Origin: Lama guanicoe
Lineage: Eukaryota
Assembly (NCBI GenBank): GCA_013239625.1
Contig: MU056313.1
Span: 2,465,786-2,529,785 of the forward strand
Direction of reading: 5' to 3'
DNA: 64,000 nt
Part shown: one piece after another, positions 27,439 through 39,774 of the stretch
Layout of the letters: each line of letters starts with the position of its first letter
Numbering within the stretch: position 1 is the first letter of the stretch
Notes under the pieces: model-generated
What the model saw: only the letters and a program-made list of their open reading frames with translations
What the model was told of the DNA's origin: nothing
Databases searched by the model: none
Made by a program: the position numbers and the translations under genes

Positions 27439-28259
27439 CCACAAGAGATGTGAGTGCTTTCTGTGTCTGGCATCTTATGAACAAGAGACAGATACATCTG
27501 TTTTAAGTAGCTGTCCGTTTTAAAGGCTATCCTTCTTTACCTTATACAAGAAGTTTAATTTTAAAAATATACCTAAGGAACTCACTAAACACAATGTCTT
27601 GATTGTTAAACAGGAAAAAGAGGTACAATGCCAGCCCCAAAGATTGTCAGTGGCCCTATTCAGACGTGGTGGGGGTTGGGGTGGAGCAAACTTATCAAAA
27701 TGGGACTCTTAGAAATTCTGAGACGGGAGGGACACGATTTTGAAAACTGGAGAGTAAAACCCCTGTCATTTTTCTCGACGGCTTCACAAATTTAAATACA
27801 AGTCTTCACACATAGGAAAGATTTCCTTTCATATTTAAAAGAAAAATAATTAGTTGTCTCTTATTTACTTTTCTTTTTTTTAAAGCTAAGCTTCCTAGTC
27901 TCATTTCCAGAAACAAACCATAACTAGCATAAATAAAAGTGCTGGGCTGTAACTATTAAACATTCTGGGTGTTGTTTTCTGCATCAGGCACTTGCCTAAA
28001 AGAGGGAAGTATTGTGTTTGAATGTGAATCCTTTTCGTTTTGAAGGCTACTGAAAATTTAACACATTTTCGTTGTGAAGGTTTTAGCACTTCTAAATGTG
28101 TAATAATTCTTTTTACTATGCAATGGTATTTTTTTCAATTAATTCTTTTAAGCAATGAGAAATATTCTACATCTGATATAAACCTCTCTCCATTATATAT
28201 TCTGCACACATAAATGAGCCAGCTCAAGATTCTGAACCAAAAACATGTAGATTTGGGAG

Positions 28260-28306
28260 TGGGAAGGCAGATGTGTGGGGGATTGGGAAGGCAGATGTGT
28301 GGGGGA
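28260..28306. repeat. Tandem duplication, 24-bp period, G-rich (TGGGAAGGCAGATGTGTGGGGGA x2)
   Basis: Two identical 23-nt copies separated by 1 nt. Confidence 0.92.
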
Positions 28307-28629
28307 GTGGGGCTCTTGGCCAAAGTAAGCACCCTCCAACAAGATACAATTGTGGAAGCAAAACAACACGGACATAATTACCTGGAGGATGAAGCCATGC
28401 GAAACTGAAGCAGTGAGGGTGAGAATTTAGGCATAAATGATTCCTGATGAATAATGCCTTTATAACCTAAAATTAAATACCCAAATTTACCCACTCTCTC
28501 CTTAGAAACAGCCAAAATGGAAAAGGATAGTTAATGTCTTGAAAATATTTTTATTTTTAAAAAACCAAAGATGTAAAGGAGGCCACAAGCAATCAGTGCA
28601 TGTCTTTGCACTTTGAACACATTTGTCTC

Positions 28630-28855
28630 TGTGACTGTCGTCAATAATACTGTATTGCATAATTGAAAGCTGCTAAGAGAATAAACCTTACAGGTTCTCA
28701 GCACAAGAAAAACAATTTGTAGCTACATGTGGTGACGAGGGTTAACTCGACTTCTTGTGGTGATCGTTTTGCAATAGATACAAATATTGAACCATTATGC
28801 GGTACACCTGAAACGAATGTAACGTTACGTGTCAACTATACTTCAATTAAGAAAA
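28630..28855 (+). mobile_element. L1 (L1MA-like) 3' end
   Basis: AATAATACTGTATTG...TTGTGGTGATCGTTTTGCAAT...TACACCTGAAAC...GTCAACTATACTTCAATTAA. Confidence 0.85.
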
Positions 28856-29462
28856 TGTTTATCCTTGTGCCTCATTGAAAAATAAAAGTACAAAATCTCT
28901 TCTGTTTCACAAAATAAATTTGTTATCAAGACATTCTACTTAAATGCCTGTCAACCAGCTTCAAGGATCCACAAATAAAACTTTTTCTCAAGTTGGCACT
29001 TCAGTGCTAAGGCTAAATGATATCGATTTCCCTCCTGTAAGCTTCAGCATATCAAAAGAAGACAGAAAGAGAGAGAGAAGTGAGTAACTAGCTAACTAGT
29101 GCAGAATAACTAGTAATTAGTGCAGAATGAATCTATTATTATGTCAAGCTTCACAAGTCCTGTACTACACACCAAAGAATAGTTAGCAATAGTCTGTCCC
29201 CGCCTTTAAATTTCATATTAATCTGCCTGTGATTTAAATCAGACGTGACATTTATACTTTTTCTTTTTGAAAGCATTTCCTAAGTTAAAATGGTACAAGT
29301 GAATTCTAAAAATGTTCAAGAAAAATCCTTATCTAATTGGGCTTGACAGATTTTTCAATATCAGAAGTATATTTCCCAGCCAAAATACAGATCTAGTGCG
29401 AATACTGATCTTAAGAATAATTGCTATACATCAAGAAAAACATTTAAACGTATTTCTTCCAG

Positions 29463-29577
29463 GGAGCTGTCATTTAAGAAAGGAGATACTGTCTACATCC
29501 TCAGGAAAATTGATCAAAATTGGTATGAGGGAGAGCACCACGGGAGAGTGGGCATTTTCCCAATCTCATACGTGGAG
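29463..29577 (+). CDS. SORBS2: SORBS2 exon [38 protein letters not shown] (SH3-1), phase 2-0
   Basis: TTTCTTCCAG| acceptor, GAG|GTAAGT donor, 115 nt; SH3 signature WYEG...GIFP.SYV. Confidence 0.97.
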
Positions 29578-29655
29578 GTAAGTCCCCTTCCCCTTCCCTG
29601 TGGTGGTTTCCAAAGTCACCACAGGTCGAGAATAAATAACTGTTCTCCTTCATAG

Positions 29656-29784
29656 AAACTCACACCTCCTGAAAAAGCGCAGCCAGCAAGACCACCTCCC
29701 CCAGCCCAGCCCGGAGAGATCGGAGAAGCCGTAGCCAAGTACAATTTCAGTGCTGACACAAATGTGGAGCTCTCGCTGAGAAAG
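29656..29784 (+). CDS. SORBS2: SORBS2 exon [43 protein letters not shown] (linker and start of SH3-2), phase 0-0
   Basis: TTCTCCTTCATAG| acceptor after a 78-nt intron, AAG|GTAGCC donor, 129 nt. Confidence 0.97.
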
Positions 29785-30194
29785 GTAGCCTGCTCTCTTC
29801 ATTGGTGCATCTGGGAGGCTGTGTATTTTCAAAACTAAAATAGGTTGTTCCTGCCTTAGACATGTTTGTGTCTTCCTCATTTTCTGCAAAGGAGTCTGTG
29901 AGGCTGCCCCGAGTCAGTTACCTACCGCCCCTTCCCGATGAGGCCGCCTTGGGAGGCACAGCTTCTCAGAGACACCTTCCCTCCATGGTTTAGCCTGGGA
30001 GGCTCCAAAGCCTGTCCGAGGGGAGCCGCGGGGTGAATGTCAGGACCTGCACATGTGAAAACAGCAAAAGAAATAGCACTTTAACACACTTCCAAGTATT
30101 TTTGTTCTGCTGCCTTATTTTCAAAGTTTAAAAAAGAGATGTCCCAACATTTACTTCTCTTTTATCTTGGAATCAAATGGTCCTAAAGTAAAGA

Positions 30195-31115
30195 AGACAT
30201 TTCTTTCTGGGGAGAATAGAAAAGAGTTTTATTTGAGCCACACTGAGGACTAGCCCGGAAGCCAGCTTCCCGGGTTGCTCTGAGGCGCTGCTCAGAGAAG
30301 CATGGTTTCCAGCACAGTCTTCTATCTTGTCACCACAAAGAACATTAACAAGTCAGTACATTCCTTCAAGGTTTCAAAAAAGAAAACCCAGAGATCAGCA
30401 CATACACAGCAAGTCAGCGTGGCCTTGGCACCTGGGAAGGGGGTCTTATCGTCAAGGGAGGACTAGCATTGGCGTCCCTGGAAGAGACATTTAATCTTTT
30501 TTTTTTTTTTAACCACTACTCTGTCCTCCGTATCTACACATTTGTTTTTGTGTGGTTTGTTTATTTATTTTTTTGCATATGTCAATAATTTTATTTCTTA
30601 AAAGAAAGATTTTTAAATGCTAACATTTTACCACAATGCTTCAAATTTTTGAAGAAATAAAATGTTACTAGGTAATTTTATTCCATAAATATCCACAATA
30701 TACTCATGCATACCTACACAGATACATATTTTTATATTTAAATATATACATTATTCAATGAGTAAAATTACAGAAAACTTTTATCATTCAGCAACTTTAT
30801 TCTTTTCCTTAACATCTATTTTTATAATTTCTGTATATTGATACATGTAGGCCTGATTCACTCTGTCTAGTTTCTGTATAATATTCCATTATATGAATAA
30901 TGCATTAATCTACATAATACATGATGTATGTGTCTATCTTGATCAAAATCTTTAGTTTAACATGTACATTCTTCTAGTCAATGTGCCCTTTTCTTTAATA
31001 ATTAAAGCAGATGTACAATGTATGTCTGATGGGCCACAAACACACTGTTTTTAGTTAGCATAAAAATCAAGTTAACGCATGTGCAAGCCAGAACAACGTC
31101 CCTAAATTTCAATAT
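30195..31115 (-). mobile_element. Probable solo ERV LTR, split by a ~450 bp insertion
   Basis: GAGTTTTATTTGAGCCA..CTGAGGACTA.CCCGG...GCTCTGAG resembles reverse-strand ERV1 LTR ends; family and boundaries uncertain. Confidence 0.45.
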
Positions 31116-31253
31116 GTGAAAACAAAACAAAACACCGGAGGTATAAGACTTTCCCAGGTGGAAAACTATTGTTTATTACAAAACATCAACAATTATAATT
31201 TTTATGTTATCACATCTCTATTTATAATGCATTTTCCTAACATTTCATTACAG

Positions 31254-31457
31254 GGAGACAGAGTTATTCTTCTTAAAAGAGTTGATCAAAACTGGTATGA
31301 AGGTAAAATTCCAGGAACCAACAGACAAGGCATCTTCCCTGTTTCCTACGTAGAAGTCATCAAGAAGAACACAACCAAAGGTGCTGAGGATTACCCGGAC
31401 CCGCCAATACCCCACAGCTATTCTAGTGATAGAATCCACAGCTTAAGTTCAAACAAG
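31254..31457 (+). CDS. SORBS2: SORBS2 exon [34 protein letters not shown]...SLSSNK (SH3-2), phase 0-0
   Basis: CCTAAC branch point, TTACAG| acceptor, AAG|GTAAGA donor, 204 nt. Confidence 0.97.
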
Positions 31458-34291
31458 GTAAGAAGACATCCTAGCATATTTGTGTAATATTTAGGAGCTT
31501 GCAGTAAGATCATCAGTGCGTGATTTTAGAGCATTAGACTGCAACATCGTTACCTACCGCAAAGCAAAGATTTACACGTTATGTTTCTAGGTGTGAGTGC
31601 CGGGTCACGTCAGTATACTCTTTTTTCTTACGGGTGCTGGCATAAAGGTTTAAGCTACAGAAAGGGAAACTACCTAAAGAATCTACTATCTAAAGAGAAG
31701 CATTTTCTTTTAAAAGGGCTAAGGCTAGCCTTTTTATTTATTCTATTTTCCTTTGAAGACTGGGTTTCAGGTGCTGGGTCATTACTCTCAATCCTTTATC
31801 ACTGGATAATGGAACAGTTTGGGGCTTTCCAACTTTGTTTGATTGCTTATAAACTTTTCCAGAATCATGCTTAGTATATTTGCTTCTCTACCAGAGCTCA
31901 GCATTTAGAGATCAGCATCTTTCCTTTAGTAGTTCCTACTGATAAACAGGAAAGAATCTTCATCCATAGATTTGTCTTATATATGACCATTGTATGACCA
32001 TTCAGTCATCTTAAAAGAACTACCAGATAAATCTCAAAGCAACTGTACTTTCAAATAAAAGTTTATAAGAAAGAATAAGCACATATCTACAAAGGCTTAT
32101 TTAGAATTTAAGAAATTCTTCCATAATGTCCTAATTAATATTGGCAATGTAACATTTTAGATCACAATGTTTTAATCGTTGTTGTGAATATGATTTAAAT
32201 GTATTTTCAGTTGCCCAAGTTTTTTCTTAGAATACCAGATTTTACATTTTATAAACAGAGAAATGTACAAATGTCACCAATAACTAATTAGTGTTTTAGT
32301 CTCACTGGTGGGGAAAAAATATGTTGAAAAGCTTATGTCCATAAATTGAAAAAAAAAAAAACTTAACGGTTTCATCCCAACTGGTAATCTATGCTATGAT
32401 GTCATTGGCTTAATGAAGGAAACCTCTTGGTAGCGTTGAACTGAATCATTTTCAGAAAAAGAACTGTGAGGTACTTCTAAACCATGACACCCAAAGTACA
32501 CTAAATCTTAAATGTCCTATTTTCTAACCGATATTTGCAAACAGAGGAAGGAATTCACTGTAATTTATGAATCACTCTTGGGCACACATCATGTTTCTTG
32601 ACATACGATCTTTATGTACATACATATATGAGTTGATGTTGTTTCTGATTTTTCTGCTTTTAGTCTAGTAGAATCCAATTCTCATGCTCTGGGAAGACAA
32701 GATAATTATCTGATGTTTGTATTAAAGGTATATTTTTGTGATAGAGGTCATCTCAGGATACTTAATTTAACTTCCAGCAGAACCAAGCCCCATTGTAAAG
32801 CTGAGCACTTCGAACCTGTTAACATGTTTGTTAGTGATTGTGGTGGTAAAAGCTCTGAGCAGTAGCAGCGGCAGGTGTCATGTCTGTAATGGGGTTTAAA
32901 GACCCTTCACCCTCAGCCATAGGATATTGCCAGCACTAGATGTGCTATGTAGCCTGTAGTCTGGAATCTTCTGTAAGGATGCTCACATGAGTTTTGCGAC
33001 ACTTCGTCTCATTTATCTCACCCCATGGTGACATGACATCACATTTCCTTCTTTAAAAAGCTAAATAAATTCCATTAAAGTCCCAATCCCATCATGGGAG
33101 ACAGAAATCAAAAGTGAGGTGGAGAATGTGCTGTGCACAGACACTTACCGATGTCCTCCGACCAAGAGTGCTGAGGGCACGAGTGAAATCTCACCCTAAA
33201 CCATCAGCTAGGAAGTGCATCTCCAAATCTTTCTTGAAGATCTTTTCTTTCCCAACCCAAACCATCTACCTGCAAAGGACGAAAGTAAAATGTCTTCCAC
33301 CACCAGCCTTGTTCAAGGCCTTCATACGTGTGGCGTGTCGCATTCTTCCTGGTCCAACAGCAATAGATAAATGTATTAGAAGGTTACTAGGCAGCACGTC
33401 TGGAGCTGCTTTTAATAAGTTTACATGAAAATTCTGTTTTGTTCAATATATTCAAAATACAGCAATAATATTAAAATATATGGAAGTATATTTCGTGTTC
33501 AGGAGATGAAACTTCATAAATTAGACCTCCACTGGTTTACACAAAACGTCAAGCTCGAGAAAGAGGGCGTGGAAGTCCTGGCAGAAGTTTACCCCCATTC
33601 ACATCACAGGCTCCCTTTCTACGTTATCAGTGACTTCCAATTCTTTTTTCTTTTTAACGTTGAAGTGGTGGTTCTATAAGTTCAGTCTCGTTTTAATCAT
33701 GGGTTTCTGTTCTTGAAATTTTTTTTCAGAACTTACTCATTTAGAAATGTGTTAACGTATAATGACGTAGAAATATTTTATGCCCTATGTTAGACAACCA
33801 CCTTGCAAAACGTACGTGAGAAAATGATGGCAGGTCAAAAGATTTAGCACAGGAAGAAAGAACACTAAACAAATTCTGGGAATAAAAAAGGTTTAGTTAT
33901 TGGCTTTCATTCTACATTCACATTATTTCAGAGTCATTTGTACTAAATCAATATCTGGAAACCTAGTTTCAAAGAGGTAGTCTATTAAATTAAATCTCTT
34001 AAGATTTTGCTGTCTGTTCTTATAATCTCTATGACAGCTTTATCTTGTCATCTAGCATTTAAGACTTATTCCAAATACTAGTAGAGTTTCATTTCTCCAG
34101 TTAGCTCTCTAATTACCATGCTAATGATTTTATGTATTTAAATCTAACAAAATATCATCAAATCTAGACCACAGCATAAAATATTTTTTATATTCACTAT
34201 CATACATTTCTGCATTTGTCTGTCTCTGTGTTTTGATGCATTATTATTTTCATGGGTTTTTTTAACTTCATAATCCCTGCTCATTTCTAAG

Positions 34292-35068
34292 TTGGCTTCC
34301 AGTGAACCTGTCCCCCTTCCCCTACACAAAGTTTCATCTGGCCCAGATAGAGGCGCTTTCCAGGGACTCACCCAGGGGTGGCTGTCCCTGACAGCCAAGT
34401 GTCCACCGGCAAAGCCTTTGGCCTCAACACCACCTTCTTTTCTGGACAACTTCTTGGAAGAATTAGAGAAACTTGCTGCTGTAGCTTTATCAGCTGACCA
34501 AGCCAAACCAAATCTCCTAGAGGAGATCAGCCTTGAAATTAAGGAGGAACCCTCTGTTCTCCTCCCATTGCCTCCCGCATCTGCACCGGCCAAATCACCT
34601 TCCTCTCCGCTGCCTTTCCCCCGAGCGGGTGTGACCTCAGCTGCGGTCCTGCCTCCTGCGGCAATGCCACTTCAGGATCCGAGAAAGACTCCTCTAAACA
34701 AGTTTGCAGATCTGACAAAAGTGAGAAAGGGCTTTGCAAGCCCTGAAAAAGTACCTGAAGTCCTAGGTGATAAGTTTGTGAGCTCCGCACATACTCATGT
34801 GGGTCCCTTGTCCAAAACCCTCCCTGTCATTGGAGAGGAAGATGAGGAGATGTCTGATGGGGTTACAACAGGCATCCGAAGAGGGCCGGAATCTCAAGGA
34901 CCAGACGCCTTGTGGTGCGGCCATGATGGCACAGAGGTGACACCATGCCTGCACATTGAAGAGGAGGAAGAGGAAAGGGAACCTGATCGCTTAAAATATC
35001 CAGTAGCCAGCCCCACAGATCCTAGGACCCCTCATGAGGACAGCAATGCAGCAAAAACCAGTATCGAG
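34292..35068 (+). CDS. SORBS2: Candidate SORBS2 cassette exon A (259 aa, Pro/Ser/Glu-rich), phase 0-0
   Basis: The 261-aa ORF begins exactly at TTTCTAAG| and ends 2 codons after GAG|GTATTC; 777 nt; GC-rich block in an AT-rich intron. Confidence 0.75.
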
Positions 35069-36828
35069 GTATTCTAATTTTGCCTAACTCCTGAAGAACT
35101 AACCATTCTCACTACAGTTAGCTAGTAGTTAACCATATCAACAAACGTCAACTCTGACATGGCCTTAGAAGCCTTCCAGGCAAGAAACACAAGCCTTATA
35201 TAAGGTGAGGGGGGAGGGATGGAGGGCAACACACCAGACTTTAATAAGATGATGTAAGTATGTGATAAGAGTCCATTATTTACTTATTACTATCAATCCA
35301 AATTTAAACACTTTATAATTTAAAGTCTTTCTAATTTTAAAATTAATAATAATAGTTAATAGTTGAGCTCTTACTGAGTTTCAGTTTTCTAAGAACGCTA
35401 CCATGTTTTACTTTTCAAAACTCAACAGGATGGGTTAGACATTATCAGACATTATCCCCACTTTAGAGATGAGGAAATTGATACACACAGAGAGAAGTTC
35501 ACCTCCAGGAGGAGAAAACTATGTAGCATATCCTTGATATAGTAGCAGAAGAAAGAAACAGAGGGAGAAAGGGAGAAAAAAAGAAAGGGAGAAAGAAAGA
35601 GCGAGCAGAAAGGAAAAATCATACCCTAGTTCCCTTTCAACTGTTTCTGAAGAAGTCATTTCTTGACGCTGGGGACTACTTAAGAGTTGAGTCTTGCATT
35701 TTCACTTTACAAACTAAGAACCTTGGGCAATGATTTTAATCAATAAAGAGGGAAATTACTCTGAATCTCTAGCCCTTGAAGGTCTCTCTCTTTAAAAAAC
35801 AACAACAACAACAAAAGAAAACCCCTTGATAAATCAAACACATAATCTGTGAATTAAAAAGCAAATATGATTACTGGCAGATATTGAAATTATGAACCAA
35901 AATGAATGATTTATATTATGTCACTACATAAGTCACTTTCCTCCATGGCTCCTCAATTTGGAAATCTTTAAAAATGAAAATCATTTTTGAAATCCCGTAA
36001 TTTCCTACTAAGATCTTACCAATAACAAATGTAGATGTCCTATACAGAGTATTCTTGGGATTAAATATGGTGAGTGCTCAGAAGGTCACTGGACACCCAC
36101 AAAACCCCGAGTCTTGGCTGTTCCCCAACCAGGTGAGAAAATGTCATCTGGACAAAGAACCAAGCATGCCTGCATTTGTATAAAATAAACACACTGCTCA
36201 ATAATAGAGATCATTCATTCACTGCAGTAAGTCAAACATGTTTCTAAGTCAGTTACTTAAATAACTAATTTTCCCTTCAATTTAATCAGTTTTAAGATGT
36301 GAGTGGATGTGTGGCTTGGTTCCCAGGAACTGCCACTGCCTGTTGCAGGCAGTACCGTAGCCGGGGTGGTGTCAGACTCAGGGGGTGAGCGTCACAGCCA
36401 GCTCGGGCTCTGCTGAACACCGGCGCGCGCACAGGCAGAGCGCGTAACTCCCCTCACTTTGTAACAAACTAACTGTAAGTTGTGAACTACTTCACAAGCA
36501 AGTTACAAAGAATCATTGCAGGGTTTTATACTTTTTTCCTACATGTTTAGAAGGACCCATCATATAAGTATATTACAAAATTGTAGACTGTGGGGGTTCT
36601 TATCTCCACATGCTTATATCAGAAAAAAATGAAACTGACCATACCCATTAGGGATTTTGAATCAAATTCAAAAGAAAAGGTTACTGCTTTTAAAGCAAGA
36701 AAAACGTCACACCCTAGAATATTTGGTAACTTTCAAATTATTTAGCTATGGGAGATATTCTCTAAAAACCATGTAGCCTTATTCTGAACATAAGCATAAC
36801 CACATCTTGTCTTTCCTCAATATTTAAG

Positions 36829-37023
36829 CCATCTTCATTGTCTTCGGGAGAGCGAACGTCTACACCTCTTCCCAGCTGTCTGCTTTCCTCCCCTCCCTTT
36901 CATTCCTCCTTGGCCACTGGCTCTGACCTGGTCCCTACACTTTATCAGCCTACCCAGCCCTCCTCACCTCTGCTCCTCCCTAAATGCTCTTATCAACAGG
37001 AGATGAGTTCACCAAAATTAAAG
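36829..37023 (+). CDS. SORBS2: Candidate SORBS2 cassette exon B (65 aa, PSSLSSGERTSTP...SSPKLK), phase 0-0
   Basis: TCTTTCCTCAATATTTAAG| acceptor, AAG|GTAACT donor, 195 nt stop-free; TGCATG at 37050-37055. Confidence 0.6.
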
Positions 37024-38350
37024 GTAACTGCATCTTGAGTGTGGTTTATTGCATGTCTTTCAATGAACTTAATTAATTAGATGTATGTATTTAGACTTGT
37101 GCCATCTTACAAGATCGAAAAGGTCATTAAATATTGGTTGCTAACTTTTAACATCATTAGCATGGCCTCTGTTCAAAAATTTAAAAGATATATCTGCATA
37201 GCAGCTATATGTAGATGGAGGAGAAAAACAAACTAAGATTTATGTAAGAATAAAAACTAACCATTAGGGTTTTGTTTTTTTTTTAAGTTGAGGATCAGCA
37301 AGAGAACCACCCCATTCAAAGGCATCAGTTTTGTGCCTGTCATCCTCTGTCACTTTCTAGTGGGTTCATTGCCTCCCAAGTTTCCCAACCAAGCAGCAGG
37401 TTCAACAGAGCCTGAGAGCTGACGATCTTTGGCATTGACTGTGTTGAGCCCTGTTCTTCCATGAAACTGAAGTTAAATTAATGAGGATGCAGGAAGGAGG
37501 CTTCTCTTCCAGCAGTTAACAAAGCATCCATCTCGAAGACTTGCTGGCTGGCTGGCAGCTCTGCTGGTATTTAACTCCCTCTTAGGAGACCACAATAAAG
37601 GATCTTTAACAAAATTAATGAGTGGCCTTGGAAAGAGATTTAATGACAACCACAGAAGAAAATCAATCCATCACAGAAAAGTTTTACTTCTTTGTTCAGA
37701 ATGATCCTGAAACCTTTTCCTTTAGACAAAAGGTCTTCAAATAATGACTCATCCTCACATTCAATTTTCTCAACCTGAAATGAGAGCCTCTGCAGAGCAG
37801 CTAAATTTTTGAACTAGGAAGCACCAAAACCTGAGAAATGCCATTTACACAGTCTTCCAAACACCCATCACCAAATCGACCCACCGAAATAGTCCATCTG
37901 TGAATTTTATCTTATGTAGAAAAGGAATCTTTGAGAAAATGTAATATACTTTAAAAAAAATAATCGTTCTTTGCCCTTTGAGGTTTTCTCTTAGCTGGTA
38001 GGAATTAGGAAATTTTTTAAATAATAACAATAATACTTTAGATAATGTCTAAGACTAGGAATTGCCTTTTTTCCTTTCTCTGTGGTTTTCTTTTTAAGGC
38101 CAAAATATTTATCCCTTGCCTTTCCCTACTTGTTCTTCAGCCTTTATGCTTAGTCAATAAGTAGGCAAGTAACTTGAGAATCAGAGTTCTCTAATTTAGA
38201 GACATGGAACACTCAGCATTGTAGTAACAAGAACAAAACCAGAATTTAAACAGGTTTAATCTCCTGCAAGAACCAAGCTCATCTCAGCTGTTTATCCACA
38301 TCATTCCAACAGCTACTTTTTTTTCTGAGTCTTGATATTTATAGAACCCC

Positions 38351-38836
38351 TGTATTAGTCAAGATTGGGGCAGCTGCAGTGCAAGAAAACTCAAAATAAT
38401 TGTAGCTTAAACAAGGTACAAGTATATATTTTAATGCATAAATGTAGGACATCCAGGGCTGATATGTGGCTCCACAGTTATTAGAAAACCCAGGAGATTC
38501 CATTTTATTTTGGCATACCACCATGCTCAACGAGAAGCTTCCACTGCATGGTCCAAAGTGGCTGCAGCAGCTCCAGCAGTCCCTTCCTCATTCCAGCCAG
38601 CAGGAAGGAGAAAAGATGAGGGGAGCTTATGCCTTCTTCCTTGAAGGCTATTTTCTAAAAATTATACATATCCCATCTGTCAGAACTTATTACATGAGCA
38701 CATCTAAGTACAAGGACGTTTGAAAAATAGACTTTATTCAGAATGTCCACGTGCCTTCCTAACATCCAGGATTCCACTACTGAGAATGACAAAGAAGAGA
38801 AAGGATACTGGAGAACATCAAGCGTTCTCTGCCACA
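38351..38836 (-). mobile_element. MLT1 (J/K/L-like) ERVL-MaLR solo LTR
   Basis: TGTATTAGTCA...GCTTAAACAAG...ATGGTCCAAAGTGGCTGC...CATTCCAGCCAGCAGGAAGG...TCTCTGCCACA with TG...CA termini. Confidence 0.8.
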
Positions 38837-39666
38837 GCCCTTAAAGAAAAATTCACCCCCAGGGATTAAAGATATGAGATCAAGCACTTACTAGTTATTA
38901 CGAAATTTTTCTTAAATGAGGGTTAAGAAAACCGCATGCTTTTATTTAAAAGTCCCTGGGTCCTACTAAAGTTCCTGTAAGCCAAATCAAATACCAGACA
39001 GTACCTCATTAGGTCTTGTCCATAAATGGAAAGAAAATAAAATATGCTCATACGTAAGAAAGGTTAGCTTATTCACTGTCATATCAAAAATCTTGCTTTG
39101 AAAGGATACCAAAATAGTCACAAGATCCTTGGAGTTAGAACAATATCCTGTATTTAATTATATTTTACCATTCTCACCAGAAAAGCCCTATTTTCTTTAT
39201 ATATGTTTTGTTAGAAAATCTGCACGTGACAAAGGCTTGACACATTCTATGAAATTTGATGGATATTAAATGAAATTCCCCTCTATTTTATTGCATCTAT
39301 TCAAATAAGCACAAAGAAAACAGGTCAGATTTGAGAATGTCTTGAAACCAATTTTTAAGCATTTTATTAAGACAAAATTTCTTGTAACATCTGTAGTGCA
39401 TCCAAACATCTTCTCTATGCCAACTCCCCTCTGTAAATCTTTCTCTGCTCTGCCTGTGAGTTCCCTATTAAAGCAGCAACTGATGCCTATGCTGTGAAAC
39501 CTCTGGCAGCCTCAAGAGCCGTCTGCAGACTGTTACCCTTCCCGCGCTACTCTTATTCAGGAGTTTGGCATGCTGTGTGTGCATGCAAGAAAACAAAACA
39601 GGAAAGCTCCTCCTGAAGGCTGTATAATGAAGACGAGAACTAACTAACTTCTTATGGCTCTTCCAG

Positions 39667-39774
39667 GCTGATTTAAAGGGCGAGATATTTGTCTTGGGTA
39701 AGCCTCCGCGGAGCCCCGTGATGTCCAGGAGGTCCTGCGGCTCACCGGTCAGCGGGCTCAGCGGTCCCCACAGG
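39667..39774 (+). CDS. SORBS2: Candidate SORBS2 cassette exon C (36 aa, ADLKGEIFVLGKPPRSPVMSRRSCGSPVSGLSGPHR), phase 0-0
   Basis: ACTAACTAAC branch point, CTCTTCCAG| acceptor, AGG|GTAGGG donor, 108 nt, CpG-retaining. Confidence 0.68.

Noticed and set aside
39474-39650. Extra exon upstream of cassette C
   Set aside because: Candidate acceptors lead to in-frame stops or have no usable donor.
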